This document shows positions 35,629 through 44,062 of a DNA stretch of 64,000 bases, one piece after another. Positions within the stretch are counted from its first letter, which is position 1. Each line of letters begins with the position of its first letter. This DNA is from Thalassavirus gary (lineage: Duplodnaviria > Heunggongvirae > Uroviricota > Caudoviricetes > Demerecviridae), in the IMG/VR virus record IMGVR_UViG_2974784677_000001, one strand, 5' to 3'. A program made the translations under genes and the position numbers. A model generated the notes under the pieces. That model was not told the origin of the DNA and searched no databases. It was given only the letters and a program-made list of their open reading frames with translations.

Positions 35629-36123
35629 TTGTTAATGAGTAAAGCACTTTTTGATTTAGTAACTGAAATGCGTGAAAAAGACATGAAAGCGCATTCCCTA
35701 GCATTATCTTATTTGGAAGATTTTGATACCATGCTTCTGGTAGAGCCCACCAAGAAACTAGCCTCACCATCGCTAGAAAACAACTATCGTGGGCGTCTTG
35801 CACTGTACTTCGAGAAAGAATTTAGCCAGCATATGGCTATACCTGAATATCGTGGTACTTATATTAAAGAGTATAGTCTAGAAGGTATCGACTATGAAAA
35901 CCGGACTATTATGCTAGAAAGTTGGGTAGGTGATTCTTGTGAGACTCTACGAGTACCTGTATTTGACTTCGCCAAACTGCGTGAAATACAAGAAGTAGCA
36001 AACGAAATTGCAACCAAGCTTAATGTTTTCCATGAAAACAGAAAAGAAGAAAAAGAAGCCAAGGCTAAAGAAGAACGTCGTAACCAATATCTTGAACTTC
36101 AAAAGGAGTTTGGTGATGAGTAA
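35629..36123 (+). CDS. hypothetical protein
   Basis: 164-aa ORF right after the conserved leader. Confidence 0.45.
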   Translation: MLMSKALFDLVTEMREKDMKAHSLALSYLEDFDTMLLVEPTKKLASPSLENNYRGRLALYFEKEFSQHMAIPEYRGTYIKEYSLEGIDYENRTIMLESWVGDSCETLRVPVFDFAKLREIQEVANEIATKLNVFHENRKEEKEAKAKEERRNQYLELQKEFGDE

Positions 36124-36334
36124 AGTAGTTATCAGTGCAACAACCCTACAGAATCTTATCAATCTAGCCTATCTTGCGAAAGAATGGGCGGATAATGACG
36201 AAGATGGGCTAATTGCAGAAACAATTGCTTACGGTGAAGCAGCATTATCAGAAGCTTCGCCTTATGTCTTCACTAAAGAAGAATACGAGCAGCTAGAAAA
36301 ACATTTTGACTTGGAGGCATTCTTCAGTGAGTAG
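36116..36334 (+). CDS. hypothetical protein (start at MSKVVISAT)
   Basis: GTGATGAGT coupling with upstream gene; the track ORF extends upstream in another frame. Confidence 0.35.
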   Translation: MSKVVISATTLQNLINLAYLAKEWADNDEDGLIAETIAYGEAALSEASPYVFTKEEYEQLEKHFDLEAFFSE

Positions 36335-36479
36335 AAAAGAATTAGACTACTACTGGGAACAGATTCGTACCCTAGCAAATAAAATCGACTCTGGGGCTAT
36401 CCGACATGGTACTCAAGCAGAGCGTAACGATGCTCAAGAAATTAGACAGCTAGCAGAGGCTAGACTGAAAAGAAAATAA

Positions 36480-36556
36480 GGGTTGTATGCTGAAGTGGAC
36501 GAAGCGCGGGATTGCAAACCCCGTCTTACTCGGTTCGAGTCCGAGACTTCCCTCCA
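36480..36556 (+). tRNA. tRNA-Cys (GCA)
   Basis: anticodon arm CGGGA-TTGCAAA-CCCCG, T-arm CTCGG-TTCGAGT-CCGAG, CCA; acceptor stem has two U-U mismatches. Confidence 0.45.
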
Positions 36557-36574
36557 AATTAATTAAAAATGGAA

Positions 36575-36603
36575 TTGCTAAATAACTAAAAATTCCGTAT
36601 AAT
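36575..36603 (+). promoter_or_regulatory. early promoter TTGCTA-17-TATAAT with conserved leader, driving a non-coding transcript and tRNA-His
   Basis: TTGCTAAATAACTAAAAATTCCGTATAATAGTTACATAAAGTTGAGAGAG. Confidence 0.6.
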
Positions 36604-36604
36604 A

Positions 36605-36868
36605 GTTACATAAAGTTGAGAGAGTCAAGTAAGCGCGGTAACTGGCGTAATGTAGTCACTACTTCGTGGATTGTAATTCTTTCTCGACTTGTCACATTAA
36701 AACATTCTTGAATTGTCTGGTGGAGTAAGAGCCGTCAGAAAAAGACAGAAAGCCGTGCTACTCACACTAGACTCTTACAGTGTTGGGTACGAAAGCCTGA
36801 ATAAGAATACGGTCAGGTCATGCCGTGGGGATAGCTACCTCTAGAGCTAACTGTGTAGAGTGTTTTAA
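36605..36868 (+). ncRNA. candidate structured ncRNA (about 260 nt) between promoter and tRNA-His
   Basis: no ORF; long-range complementarity TGTCACATTAAAACATTC (about 36686) with GAGTGTTTTAATGTGACG (about 36856) closes a roughly 170-nt domain; internal hairpins. Confidence 0.4.
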
Positions 36869-36869
36869 T

Positions 36870-36946
36870 GTGACGTTGGCTGAAGTGGGAATGGCTCTGG
36901 GTTGTGATTCCAGAATATGCGGGTTCGATCCCCGTACGTCACCCCA
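36870..36946 (+). tRNA. tRNA-His (GTG)
   Basis: acceptor GTGACGT/ACGTCAC, anticodon arm CTGGG-TTGTGAT-TCCAG, T-loop GGTTCGATCCC, CCA. Confidence 0.65.
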
Positions 36947-36965
36947 AATTTAATAGGAGATAACA

Positions 36966-37160
36966 ATGATTAAGAAAATCATTCGTCGTAATAAACAAAA
37001 ATTTACTGCAATCTTCAAAGAAGGTCGCACAATGTTCCCTCGTTACGAGTTTAATAACGTAACTTATCTAGGCAAAGCAAACGGTATTAACCTGTTCCGT
37101 GCTGATGAAGGCTTTGCTTACAAAGGTATGACTTTCTGTAACGAAGCGACTTGGTCTTAA
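36966..37160 (+). CDS. hypothetical protein
   Basis: 64-aa ORF with RBS AGGAGATAACAATG. Confidence 0.4.
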   Translation: MIKKIIRRNKQKFTAIFKEGRTMFPRYEFNNVTYLGKANGINLFRADEGFAYKGMTFCNEATWS

Positions 37161-37170
37161 ACAAATTAAT

Positions 37171-37255
37171 GCTCCGTGTGCCGACATCGCTCTTCTAAAG
37201 CGATACGTAAAACGTTGGGTGGACGTGAGAGGTTCGACTCCTCCACGGAGTGCCA
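37171..37255 (+). tRNA. tRNA-Arg (TCT) with extended variable region
   Basis: acceptor GCTCCGT/ACGGAGT, anticodon arm TCGCT-CTTCTAA-AGCGA, T-loop GGTTCGACTCC, CCA; 85 nt. Confidence 0.5.
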
Positions 37256-37438
37256 TTTTTATCGGAGAAGATTATGTTCACACTAGGCGTAATATGGCTA
37301 ATATTTCAAGGGATAACTTGTATTGCACTAGCCGATTGTAAAAGTGAAGACATGTGCAATAAAATCATGTGGATGCCAACTGTACTACGTTGGATTATCT
37401 TTACAGTCCCGTCATTAATTGTATGGGCTACTAAATAG
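37250..37438 (+). CDS. small membrane protein
   Basis: 62 aa, two hydrophobic helices. Confidence 0.35.
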   Translation: MPFLSEKIMFTLGVIWLIFQGITCIALADCKSEDMCNKIMWMPTVLRWIIFTVPSLIVWATK

Positions 37439-37447
37439 GGAGAAGAT

Positions 37448-37783
37448 ATGTCTTTCAAACGACAAGTAAAGTATGGTGTCTTTAGTCACAAAGATGCTGC
37501 TGTGCATTTAAGTAATGAAGAATACTTGCAGTTAGTATCCCTGATGTCAAAGATAGAAGAAAAACGCATGCAAAGTGGCAAAGCTCCAATTTCTGCGGTT
37601 GTTATTGACCAGAATACTTTAGGCAAAGAAGCATATGAAGCGGGCTTTAAAATAGTTGAAACAGCAGTAACTGCAAAACTTCAACGTGCTTGCACCCATC
37701 CAGAGTGGAAAACAGACTATGCTATAATGGGTGGATTCGATGTCCATACTTGCACTAAGTGCGGATACACAGAAACAAATTAA
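37448..37783 (+). CDS. hypothetical protein with C-terminal zinc ribbon
   Basis: CTHPEW...CTKCGYTETN. Confidence 0.4.
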   Translation: MSFKRQVKYGVFSHKDAAVHLSNEEYLQLVSLMSKIEEKRMQSGKAPISAVVIDQNTLGKEAYEAGFKIVETAVTAKLQRACTHPEWKTDYAIMGGFDVHTCTKCGYTETN

Positions 37784-37784
37784 T

Positions 37785-37871
37785 GCTGGCGTGGTGGAAT
37801 TGGTAATACACGTGGGACTTAAAATCCCATGCCCTAGAGGATTGAGAGTTCGAGTCTCTCCGCCAGTACCA
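37785..37871 (+). tRNA. tRNA-Leu (TAA), long variable arm
   Basis: acceptor GCTGGCG/CGCCAGT, anticodon arm TGGGA-CTTAAAA-TCCCA, T-loop GAGTTCGAGTCTC, CCA. Confidence 0.7.
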
Positions 37872-37888
37872 AATTCCTAAAAACTTGA

Positions 37889-37918
37889 ATTGCGAAGTAG
37901 GTCAATCTCAAGTATAAT
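37889..37918 (+). promoter_or_regulatory. early promoter TTGCGA-18-TATAAT
   Basis: promoter family; leader ACATAAATTGAAGAAGGAAACAGAATATG. Confidence 0.55.
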
Positions 37919-37948
37919 ATATACATAAATTGAAGAAGGAAACAGAAT

Positions 37949-38575
37949 ATGCAAATTACAGTAACTAAAGCACTTACTGAAATCAAAAAACTAGACAAAC
38001 AAATTGCTAAACATACCCAACGTGGTCAGTTTATCCTGACGGCAACTCGCGGTCGTGTAGCGGGTTTCACTTCTGTTGAAGAAGCAGGCAAAGCTGTTAA
38101 AAGCAACTTTGATAAAATTCAAGCTCTGATGAAGCGTCGTGCTAACATCAAAGCAAAAGTTACAGCATCTAACGCTGCAACTAAGCTAACAATCGCTGGT
38201 AGCGAAATGACAGTAGCGGAAGCGATTGAACGCAAAGATTCAATCGAGATGGAAGAAAACCTTCTTCAAGTAATGAAGAACCAGTTCAACCAAGCTGTTA
38301 ATAAACAGGTTCGTCACGAATCTCAAGTTCAAGACGAAATCGACCGTAAGGTTGAGCAAGTCTTCGGTAACGCGAAGAAAATCGACACCAACGATGGTAC
38401 TTACAAGGCTATCCGTGAGCAAGTCGAAGCAGCTAACAAGTTTGAGCTTGTTGACACGAACAAGCTAGCGGATCAAATCGAGCAGTTGGAAGACCGCATC
38501 GACGACTTCCGTGCTAACGTTGACGTAGAGTTGTCCGTTTCTAACGCGACTACTAGCATCGAAATCGACGATTAA
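37949..38575 (+). CDS. hypothetical coiled-coil protein
   Basis: 208 aa, heptad-rich, acidic. Confidence 0.4.
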   Translation: MQITVTKALTEIKKLDKQIAKHTQRGQFILTATRGRVAGFTSVEEAGKAVKSNFDKIQALMKRRANIKAKVTASNAATKLTIAGSEMTVAEAIERKDSIEMEENLLQVMKNQFNQAVNKQVRHESQVQDEIDRKVEQVFGNAKKIDTNDGTYKAIREQVEAANKFELVDTNKLADQIEQLEDRIDDFRANVDVELSVSNATTSIEIDD

Positions 38576-38739
38576 TAAAATTTCTAGGGGTTGGTGAAAA
38601 GAAGTAACTAGCTCACTCTTCCAAAGCGGTAGGGAGTATAAACAATACCGCTTACCAAACTAACTAATCGACATAGTATGATAAATGTTTTCGGGCTTTG
38701 CCGCTCTAACTCATTTCCTTAGTAAAAGTTCAGCTTTTA

Positions 38740-38816
38740 GCGTTCAAGATTTAAGTGTTAGTTTTTAAGTTTTAAGTATTACGCCTTACACGCTTATGCT
38801 TTATACGCTTATCAAA
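38740..38816. repeat. short tandem direct repeats (TTAAGT x3; ACGCTTAT x2) in an untranslated region
   Basis: TTAAGTGTTAGTTTTTAAGTTTTAAGTATTACGCCTTACACGCTTATGCTTTATACGCTTATC. Confidence 0.4.
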
Positions 38817-38893
38817 TCCCTGAGTAGTTTAGTGAGTGTCGAGGCTATTGACTCCATTCTTTGTACAGGGCTGCCAATTCCTAGAACCCATTC

Positions 38894-38926
38894 AGCCCCT
38901 TAGCTATCAGCGAGGGGCTTTCTTGT
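38894..38926 (+). terminator. rho-independent terminator-like hairpin
   Basis: AGCCCCT-(12 nt)-AGGGGCT + TTCTTGT. Confidence 0.4.
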
Positions 38927-38939
38927 AGGTGTCAGATTT

Positions 38940-39206
38940 ATGACAAAAATTATTAATATAAAGAATGAAGATTGTGATGTGTATATCGGTAGAGGCTCTC
39001 CATTAGGTAATCCTTTTTCTCGTGCCACATTTGGGAGATTAAAAGCAATCGAACTGTATCATGAACATTACTTACCTGCCATGAGAAAGCAAGGAAGAAT
39101 TACGGACGATTACTTACGTTCTCTAAAAGGTAAAAGACTAGGATGCCATTGCAAGCCACAACCTTGTCATGGAGATAAGCTAGTAGAGATTATAAACAAT
39201 GTTTAA
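38940..39206 (+). CDS. hypothetical protein
   Basis: 88-aa ORF. Confidence 0.35.
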   Translation: MTKIINIKNEDCDVYIGRGSPLGNPFSRATFGRLKAIELYHEHYLPAMRKQGRITDDYLRSLKGKRLGCHCKPQPCHGDKLVEIINNV

Positions 39207-39570
39207 CCCATACGTAATCATTGGTGTACTTTCTGTATCGCTGGCAGGCGCAGGGTATTTTGGATACTACCAAACCAAACAGCTAGGTGCAGCCGAAGCA
39301 AAGCTAGAAGCTGCTAATTTAGAAATTAAAAATAAAGAAGCTACCATTACACAGCTTCAAATAGAAAATGGAAAAATTATCGAAAAAGCTCAACGGTATC
39401 AAGCTGATGTTCAGCGTGTACAGATTGAGAAAGATAGAATAAAAGAAAAAGCCATTAAAGACTTAGGTAGGGTCGAGAAGATCGCTAAAAGAAAGTCAAA
39501 ATTATATGAAAAATTAATAAATAAAGATTATAAGAATACACAACGTCAATTGGAGGAGCTAACTCAATGA
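39199..39570 (+). CDS. i-spanin-like (Rz-like): N-terminal TM helix + periplasmic coiled coil
   Basis: VIIGVLSVSLAGAGYFGYY TM helix, then a K/E-rich coiled coil; followed by a lipoprotein gene. Confidence 0.5.
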   Translation: MFNPYVIIGVLSVSLAGAGYFGYYQTKQLGAAEAKLEAANLEIKNKEATITQLQIENGKIIEKAQRYQADVQRVQIEKDRIKEKAIKDLGRVEKIAKRKSKLYEKLINKDYKNTQRQLEELTQ

Positions 39571-39857
39571 GATATTTAGCTACTCTTCTATTGCTAGTTG
39601 GCTGTGTGTCTGTAGAACCAAAACCTGATAGTGTTACACTACAAACATATAAACCTACCAAACCATCACCAGTACAAACCTATAATGTAGATTGGAAAGT
39701 AGATACTAATGGCAATGTGTATCTTTCTAGTGAAGACGGTGTTAAAGTAAATGCCGAAAGAAAAGATACTCTAAGATATATTAAAGACATGCAAAATCTT
39801 GTATGTTACTACGAAGACTCATACTCATTCTGTAAGGAGAATATTAATGAAAAATAA
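39567..39857 (+). CDS. o-spanin-like outer-membrane lipoprotein (Rz1-like)
   Basis: lipobox LLLVGC at residues 9-14; 96 aa; ATGA coupling to the i-spanin-like gene. Confidence 0.5.
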   Translation: MRYLATLLLLVGCVSVEPKPDSVTLQTYKPTKPSPVQTYNVDWKVDTNGNVYLSSEDGVKVNAERKDTLRYIKDMQNLVCYYEDSYSFCKENINEK

Positions 39858-40494
39858 ATGCACCGCTGGCTTTGCTCGTTCAGGAAAAGATACTTTTGCA
39901 GGATTTCTAGCAGATAAGCTAAATATGGATACATATGCTCTAGCACAACCTATTAAAGACATTATGTGCGCCCTATTTGGTTGGGGTGACGAGCATCGTG
40001 ATGGTTCTTATAAAGAAATAGAAATGTTGTACTCAATCTCACCTGAAACCCTTGATCAAGCGGGTATTCTATATAACCAATATGGACTAGACACCTATGA
40101 AGCATTTCATGATTGCTGGGATAAGCTTGTAATTCTATTCGGTATAGAAATCAAAGAAGATGATCTAGGTTACTGTGTAATTAGTCCTAGACGCGCATTC
40201 CAACTATTTGGTACAGAGTGGGGCAGAACCCTCCATGATGATATTTGGCTAGAGATTGCTCCTAAAGAAAATACAATAATTACTGATGTTCGTTTCGACA
40301 ATGAAGCTAAGTATTTCAGTGCGTTAGGTGCTGAAATAATTCACATTGAACGTCCTGGATTCAGACCAGTAACAAACGGACATGCTAGTGAAGCTGGTGT
40401 ATCCTACGAGCTTGTAGACTTCTTTATTGTTAATGATAAAGGATTAAAAAAGTTACAAGAAGCCGCCAACGAAATAGCTAAGTTAGTGAAATAA
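39847..40494 (+). CDS. dnk: deoxynucleoside monophosphate kinase (T4 gp1 / T5 Dnk-like)
   Basis: MKNKCTAGFARSGKDTFAGFLADKL matches the T4 gp1 N-terminus LSGVKRSGKDTTADFI P-loop; start at ATG 39847 overlapping o-spanin stop. Confidence 0.65.
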   Translation: MKNKCTAGFARSGKDTFAGFLADKLNMDTYALAQPIKDIMCALFGWGDEHRDGSYKEIEMLYSISPETLDQAGILYNQYGLDTYEAFHDCWDKLVILFGIEIKEDDLGYCVISPRRAFQLFGTEWGRTLHDDIWLEIAPKENTIITDVRFDNEAKYFSALGAEIIHIERPGFRPVTNGHASEAGVSYELVDFFIVNDKGLKKLQEAANEIAKLVK

Positions 40495-40503
40495 ATAAGT
40501 TTA

Positions 40504-40533
40504 AGCCCTTGCAGAGATGCAGGGGCTTTTTTG
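40504..40533 (+). terminator. rho-independent terminator
   Basis: AGCCCTTGCAGAGATGCAGGGGCT + TTTTTTG. Confidence 0.65.
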
Positions 40534-40577
40534 TATCTGAATAAAATGATCTTCATGTAACATCTATTAAACATTTC

Positions 40578-40606
40578 TTTACATTTTTGTAAAATTCTCC
40601 TATAAT
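40578..40606 (+). promoter_or_regulatory. sigma70-like promoter TTTACA-17-TATAAT before the tail-fibre genes
   Basis: hexamers with 17-nt spacer, AT-rich upstream. Confidence 0.4.
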
Positions 40607-40649
40607 ATTAACAAATGTTGAACAAATTTTTATAAGGAGAAAGAAATAA

Positions 40650-40985
40650 ATGGCATATCAAATTTTTACAAGTGACAAGAAAGGTATTGGTGAAATCATT
40701 GAACTACCTATATCCCCAGAGTACGCTCACTGTTTTGCAGGAGTTCGATACTTCGATTCTAACGATGATCAAATAGTTCCTACATCTGGCTCAGTAAATA
40801 TTAAAGCCAGACACCTAACTAATAACAACTACGATGACGTAGTTAATGCGGATCTAGATGCATCAGAAGCAGGTGCGGAAGCAGAATGGGGTGGTAATGT
40901 TACCTCAGTAAAAGCAACGCCTTCTAGTCTTGCCGGAACAGATCTTGCTACATATCAAGTAGTGGTTGTTCAAAACCTAAGTTAA
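40650..40985 (+). CDS. hypothetical structural protein
   Basis: 111-aa ORF with RBS AAGGAGAAAGAAATAAATG. Confidence 0.4.
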   Translation: MAYQIFTSDKKGIGEIIELPISPEYAHCFAGVRYFDSNDDQIVPTSGSVNIKARHLTNNNYDDVVNADLDASEAGAEAEWGGNVTSVKATPSSLAGTDLATYQVVVVQNLS

Positions 40986-40995
40986 GGAGAAAAAT

Positions 40996-43900
40996 ATGGG
41001 ATTTGGCCCAGCCTATGGTACTGGTAGGGGCGGTGGAGCAGTAGACATCTTTACTAAAAAAGATGGTAACCCTGCCATTTTCGCCAATACTGGTGCTAGA
41101 GACACATACTTTACAACAAACCCTGACGAACTAACAAAAGTTAAGTCTTCAGGTAATGCAGTAGCAATAGGTACTACTAACCAAATAACAGCCGCCTACG
41201 TATATAAAGGTAACACATGGCAAGCAATAGCAACTAACTTCAAAGGTGACAAAGGTGCGCCTGGAGCACCTGGTGATGGTATTGACTATAGCCACCTAGA
41301 AGATAACCAAGTGCCTAAGTGGGACTCGAAAACTAAGATGTTTATTAGTTCCGGTGTACGCTCCCTAGAAGATGGCTCTATCTCCCTAGAACCAGCGTCA
41401 ATGCACTTAGGCTCTCACACTATTTCTAGCAGTGCTGAGAACGTAACATTCACTAATATCGTTACAAGAAAAACATACTCACCTTTATGGCAAGAGGTAG
41501 CGCCAGGAGCTAAGACAGGATATATTAGAGCCCATGGTGAGTACCAAGATGTAATGCTAGAGGCTGATGGTTCTGTTGACTTACTGAATCCATCATTTAT
41601 ATACACAGCACCTACAGATGCATCTCTATTTGGTGCTACAATAGAATTATCAAGGGATGCTACAAATGTAGAGATACATGTAGAGTTCAATAATGAAGAA
41701 CTATGGTTAGCTAGGCTCGGTGATCTGTCGGCAGGTGAAAGAAAAATATTATTCAGTAATCCAGCTGATTTCAAGATGGGGAATAATTACAGGGTAATAA
41801 TTGATAGCTCTGATGGGTCTGAGGTTATTCTAAAAGGTAGTAACTTCAACACACCAAAAGCAACCCTCCATGCAGCGAAATGGGAAGATAGGGTAGTCAC
41901 TTCTATGAGAGAAGGGGCACTAGAAACCGGTGATGTCCCAGTATGGTCTGAGAAAGAAAATGAGTTTATAAAAAATAGTCTAAGCGTTACTCCTGCTGGA
42001 GGCTTGGAAGTTAGCGCAGATGGGGTAAAATTAGGTACTACAAAAGTAACTTCTTCATCATCTGGTCTAACATTTAACTCAGACCTAGACTTATACTCCT
42101 ATAAACCTATAGTACAGGCTGTAGAAGAAGACTCAACGGCTGTATACTCCAGAATCTATAAAGATTCTGAGGATTTCGAGGTAAATACTACAATAGGTAA
42201 GGAGATAGTATCTCCTATAGTATCGTATACTCCAACAGAAAATGTGACACTAACTGCACTAAAAATACATTTATCTAAAGATGCTTCAGTACTTAGAGTG
42301 AGCATTTTCCAAGGACTTAGAGAGGTATCAACACTTGTCGAAACTAATGTATCTGCAGGACAGCATATACTCCAGTTAGAGGACTATCCTGACTTAAAAG
42401 CAAATACAGAATATAGGTTAGCGTTTACAGGTACTAATAAAGATGGCACTACTGATTTTAAATTAGTGGGGGATTCATTACCTTATTTAGTAATAAGTAC
42501 AATACCTTGGTCTGGACATGAGTTAGCGAGTAGAAGTTGGGTTTCTGATCAAATCAAGGCTGTGGCTCATGGTACAGATAAGTTCTTGGTAGAAAGAACA
42601 GCATCACCAACATATTATGTACCGGCTGACAAGGCATTTGAGCAAAGAACCACATTTATCTATTCTGGAGTAGAGAATGGTCGTTTTATTCTACCAGATA
42701 TTAGTAATCCTGCGAATCACCCAGGTGGATCTCTTCTTTTACTAAAAAATGAGTCTAGTACTAGTAGCCCACTAACTGTAATAACGTCGGCTGGGGCAGG
42801 ACTAAATACTAGATCTGTAACATCAGCTTCAGTACCCTTTAGTCACGTGATGTTATTTATAGCAGATATAAGTAATAACATTTGGATAATGCTACCTCTA
42901 GTAGGTGGTGGAACTGGTGGGCAAACACTAGATACAGATAAAGTGGTAAAAAACGTTGGGACTAGTGTATCTGGTAATCAGTTGGTTGTAACTTATTATG
43001 ATGATTCTAGTGTTACATTGGACTTTGACCCTTGGGTTGATGATATAACCAAACTAAACACTGCTGTAGCTTCCTTTGAGAAACAACTGAAATCTAGAAC
43101 TAGGTTCTATATTTATAAAGGTGATAACTCTACACCACCTGATTTCCCAAGAGGTAATAGGGGTGGTTACTACTTAACTTTCTATGGGTTGAGTTCGACA
43201 GCAGACATTACCATACCTACAGGGGCTAGGGATGGTACTATATTATTCTTAGATAACGACTCTACCAGCTACTCTGTTAGCGCTACAGCAGGGCAGGGGG
43301 AGACTATAGCCACCCAAAGTAAAATTACAATAGTACCAGAGAGCACTGCTTGGTATGTGAAGAGCGGTACAAACTGGCAAGAATTATATTCTGGTTACTT
43401 ACCCGCCTCGCATAAGAAGCTGATAGATGAGATTAAAACTCTAATCTCAGCAAGTAATACATTCATGCGAGATGTTGGTGTACAGGGTGATGATCCTAAC
43501 GCTGGTAAAGTAGAATGTACAGAGCTAGAGTTTCATAAGTGTAAGGTAACTCAAGATACTACAGTACCTACTAAAGGTATTGTTAAGTTTGAAGGTACTA
43601 CGTTTGTAAACCCAGACGGTTCAGAAATAACTACTGATAAAATCAAGCTAGTAGGTATGGAATTAGTGGATCCATTAGACGGAACTCCACCTAAACTATT
43701 ACTACATGGCAGCGGTAACTTACCTACACCACACCCAACTAGTGGTTATGGTTTCTTTAGTGATTCTGCTACTGCTCCTGATACTATTAACTTAAATAGT
43801 CTTCCAGTGTTTAGGAATGGTAGAGTAAGCATCCATAAAGACACCGCGGATCCACAATATGCATATATCTTACTACCACCAGGTGAAGGTGCTGACGCTG

Positions 43901-44049
43901 ATCGAATTGGTGAGCTAGGTGGACTTCCTTCTTACTGGGCTAAGAGTGAGAAAATCTATAATATTGGTGGCGTATCAAGAACATATACAGTGTTCCGTTC
44001 TCCTTATCCATTTAAGGAGCAAGATGTAACACTAATAATTTACCATTAA
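40996..44049 (+). CDS. tail fibre protein with collagen-like Gly-X-Y segment
   Basis: 1017 aa; GDKGAPGAPGDG near the N-terminus, Ser/Thr/Gly/Asn-rich beta-type composition. Confidence 0.55.
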   Translation: MGFGPAYGTGRGGGAVDIFTKKDGNPAIFANTGARDTYFTTNPDELTKVKSSGNAVAIGTTNQITAAYVYKGNTWQAIATNFKGDKGAPGAPGDGIDYSHLEDNQVPKWDSKTKMFISSGVRSLEDGSISLEPASMHLGSHTISSSAENVTFTNIVTRKTYSPLWQEVAPGAKTGYIRAHGEYQDVMLEADGSVDLLNPSFIYTAPTDASLFGATIELSRDATNVEIHVEFNNEELWLARLGDLSAGERKILFSNPADFKMGNNYRVIIDSSDGSEVILKGSNFNTPKATLHAAKWEDRVVTSMREGALETGDVPVWSEKENEFIKNSLSVTPAGGLEVSADGVKLGTTKVTSSSSGLTFNSDLDLYSYKPIVQAVEEDSTAVYSRIYKDSEDFEVNTTIGKEIVSPIVSYTPTENVTLTALKIHLSKDASVLRVSIFQGLREVSTLVETNVSAGQHILQLEDYPDLKANTEYRLAFTGTNKDGTTDFKLVGDSLPYLVISTIPWSGHELASRSWVSDQIKAVAHGTDKFLVERTASPTYYVPADKAFEQRTTFIYSGVENGRFILPDISNPANHPGGSLLLLKNESSTSSPLTVITSAGAGLNTRSVTSASVPFSHVMLFIADISNNIWIMLPLVGGGTGGQTLDTDKVVKNVGTSVSGNQLVVTYYDDSSVTLDFDPWVDDITKLNTAVASFEKQLKSRTRFYIYKGDNSTPPDFPRGNRGGYYLTFYGLSSTADITIPTGARDGTILFLDNDSTSYSVSATAGQGETIATQSKITIVPESTAWYVKSGTNWQELYSGYLPASHKKLIDEIKTLISASNTFMRDVGVQGDDPNAGKVECTELEFHKCKVTQDTTVPTKGIVKFEGTTFVNPDGSEITTDKIKLVGMELVDPLDGTPPKLLLHGSGNLPTPHPTSGYGFFSDSATAPDTINLNSLPVFRNGRVSIHKDTADPQYAYILLPPGEGADADRIGELGGLPSYWAKSEKIYNIGGVSRTYTVFRSPYPFKEQDVTLIIYH

Positions 44050-44062
44050 GGAGTGAGTAAAT

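Noticed and set aside
35169-35803. Minus-strand ORFs 35169-35423 and 35522-35803
   Set aside because: Antisense to promoter-preceded plus-strand genes in a region that is otherwise uniformly plus-strand.
36008-36115. 5' extension of ORF 36008-36334
   Set aside because: It overlaps the end of the upstream gene. GTGATGAGT coupling makes 36116 the likely start.
41415-41774. Minus-strand ORF inside the tail-fibre gene, plus similar antisense ORFs at 44980-45177 and 45346-45528
   Set aside because: Embedded antisense in long structural genes.
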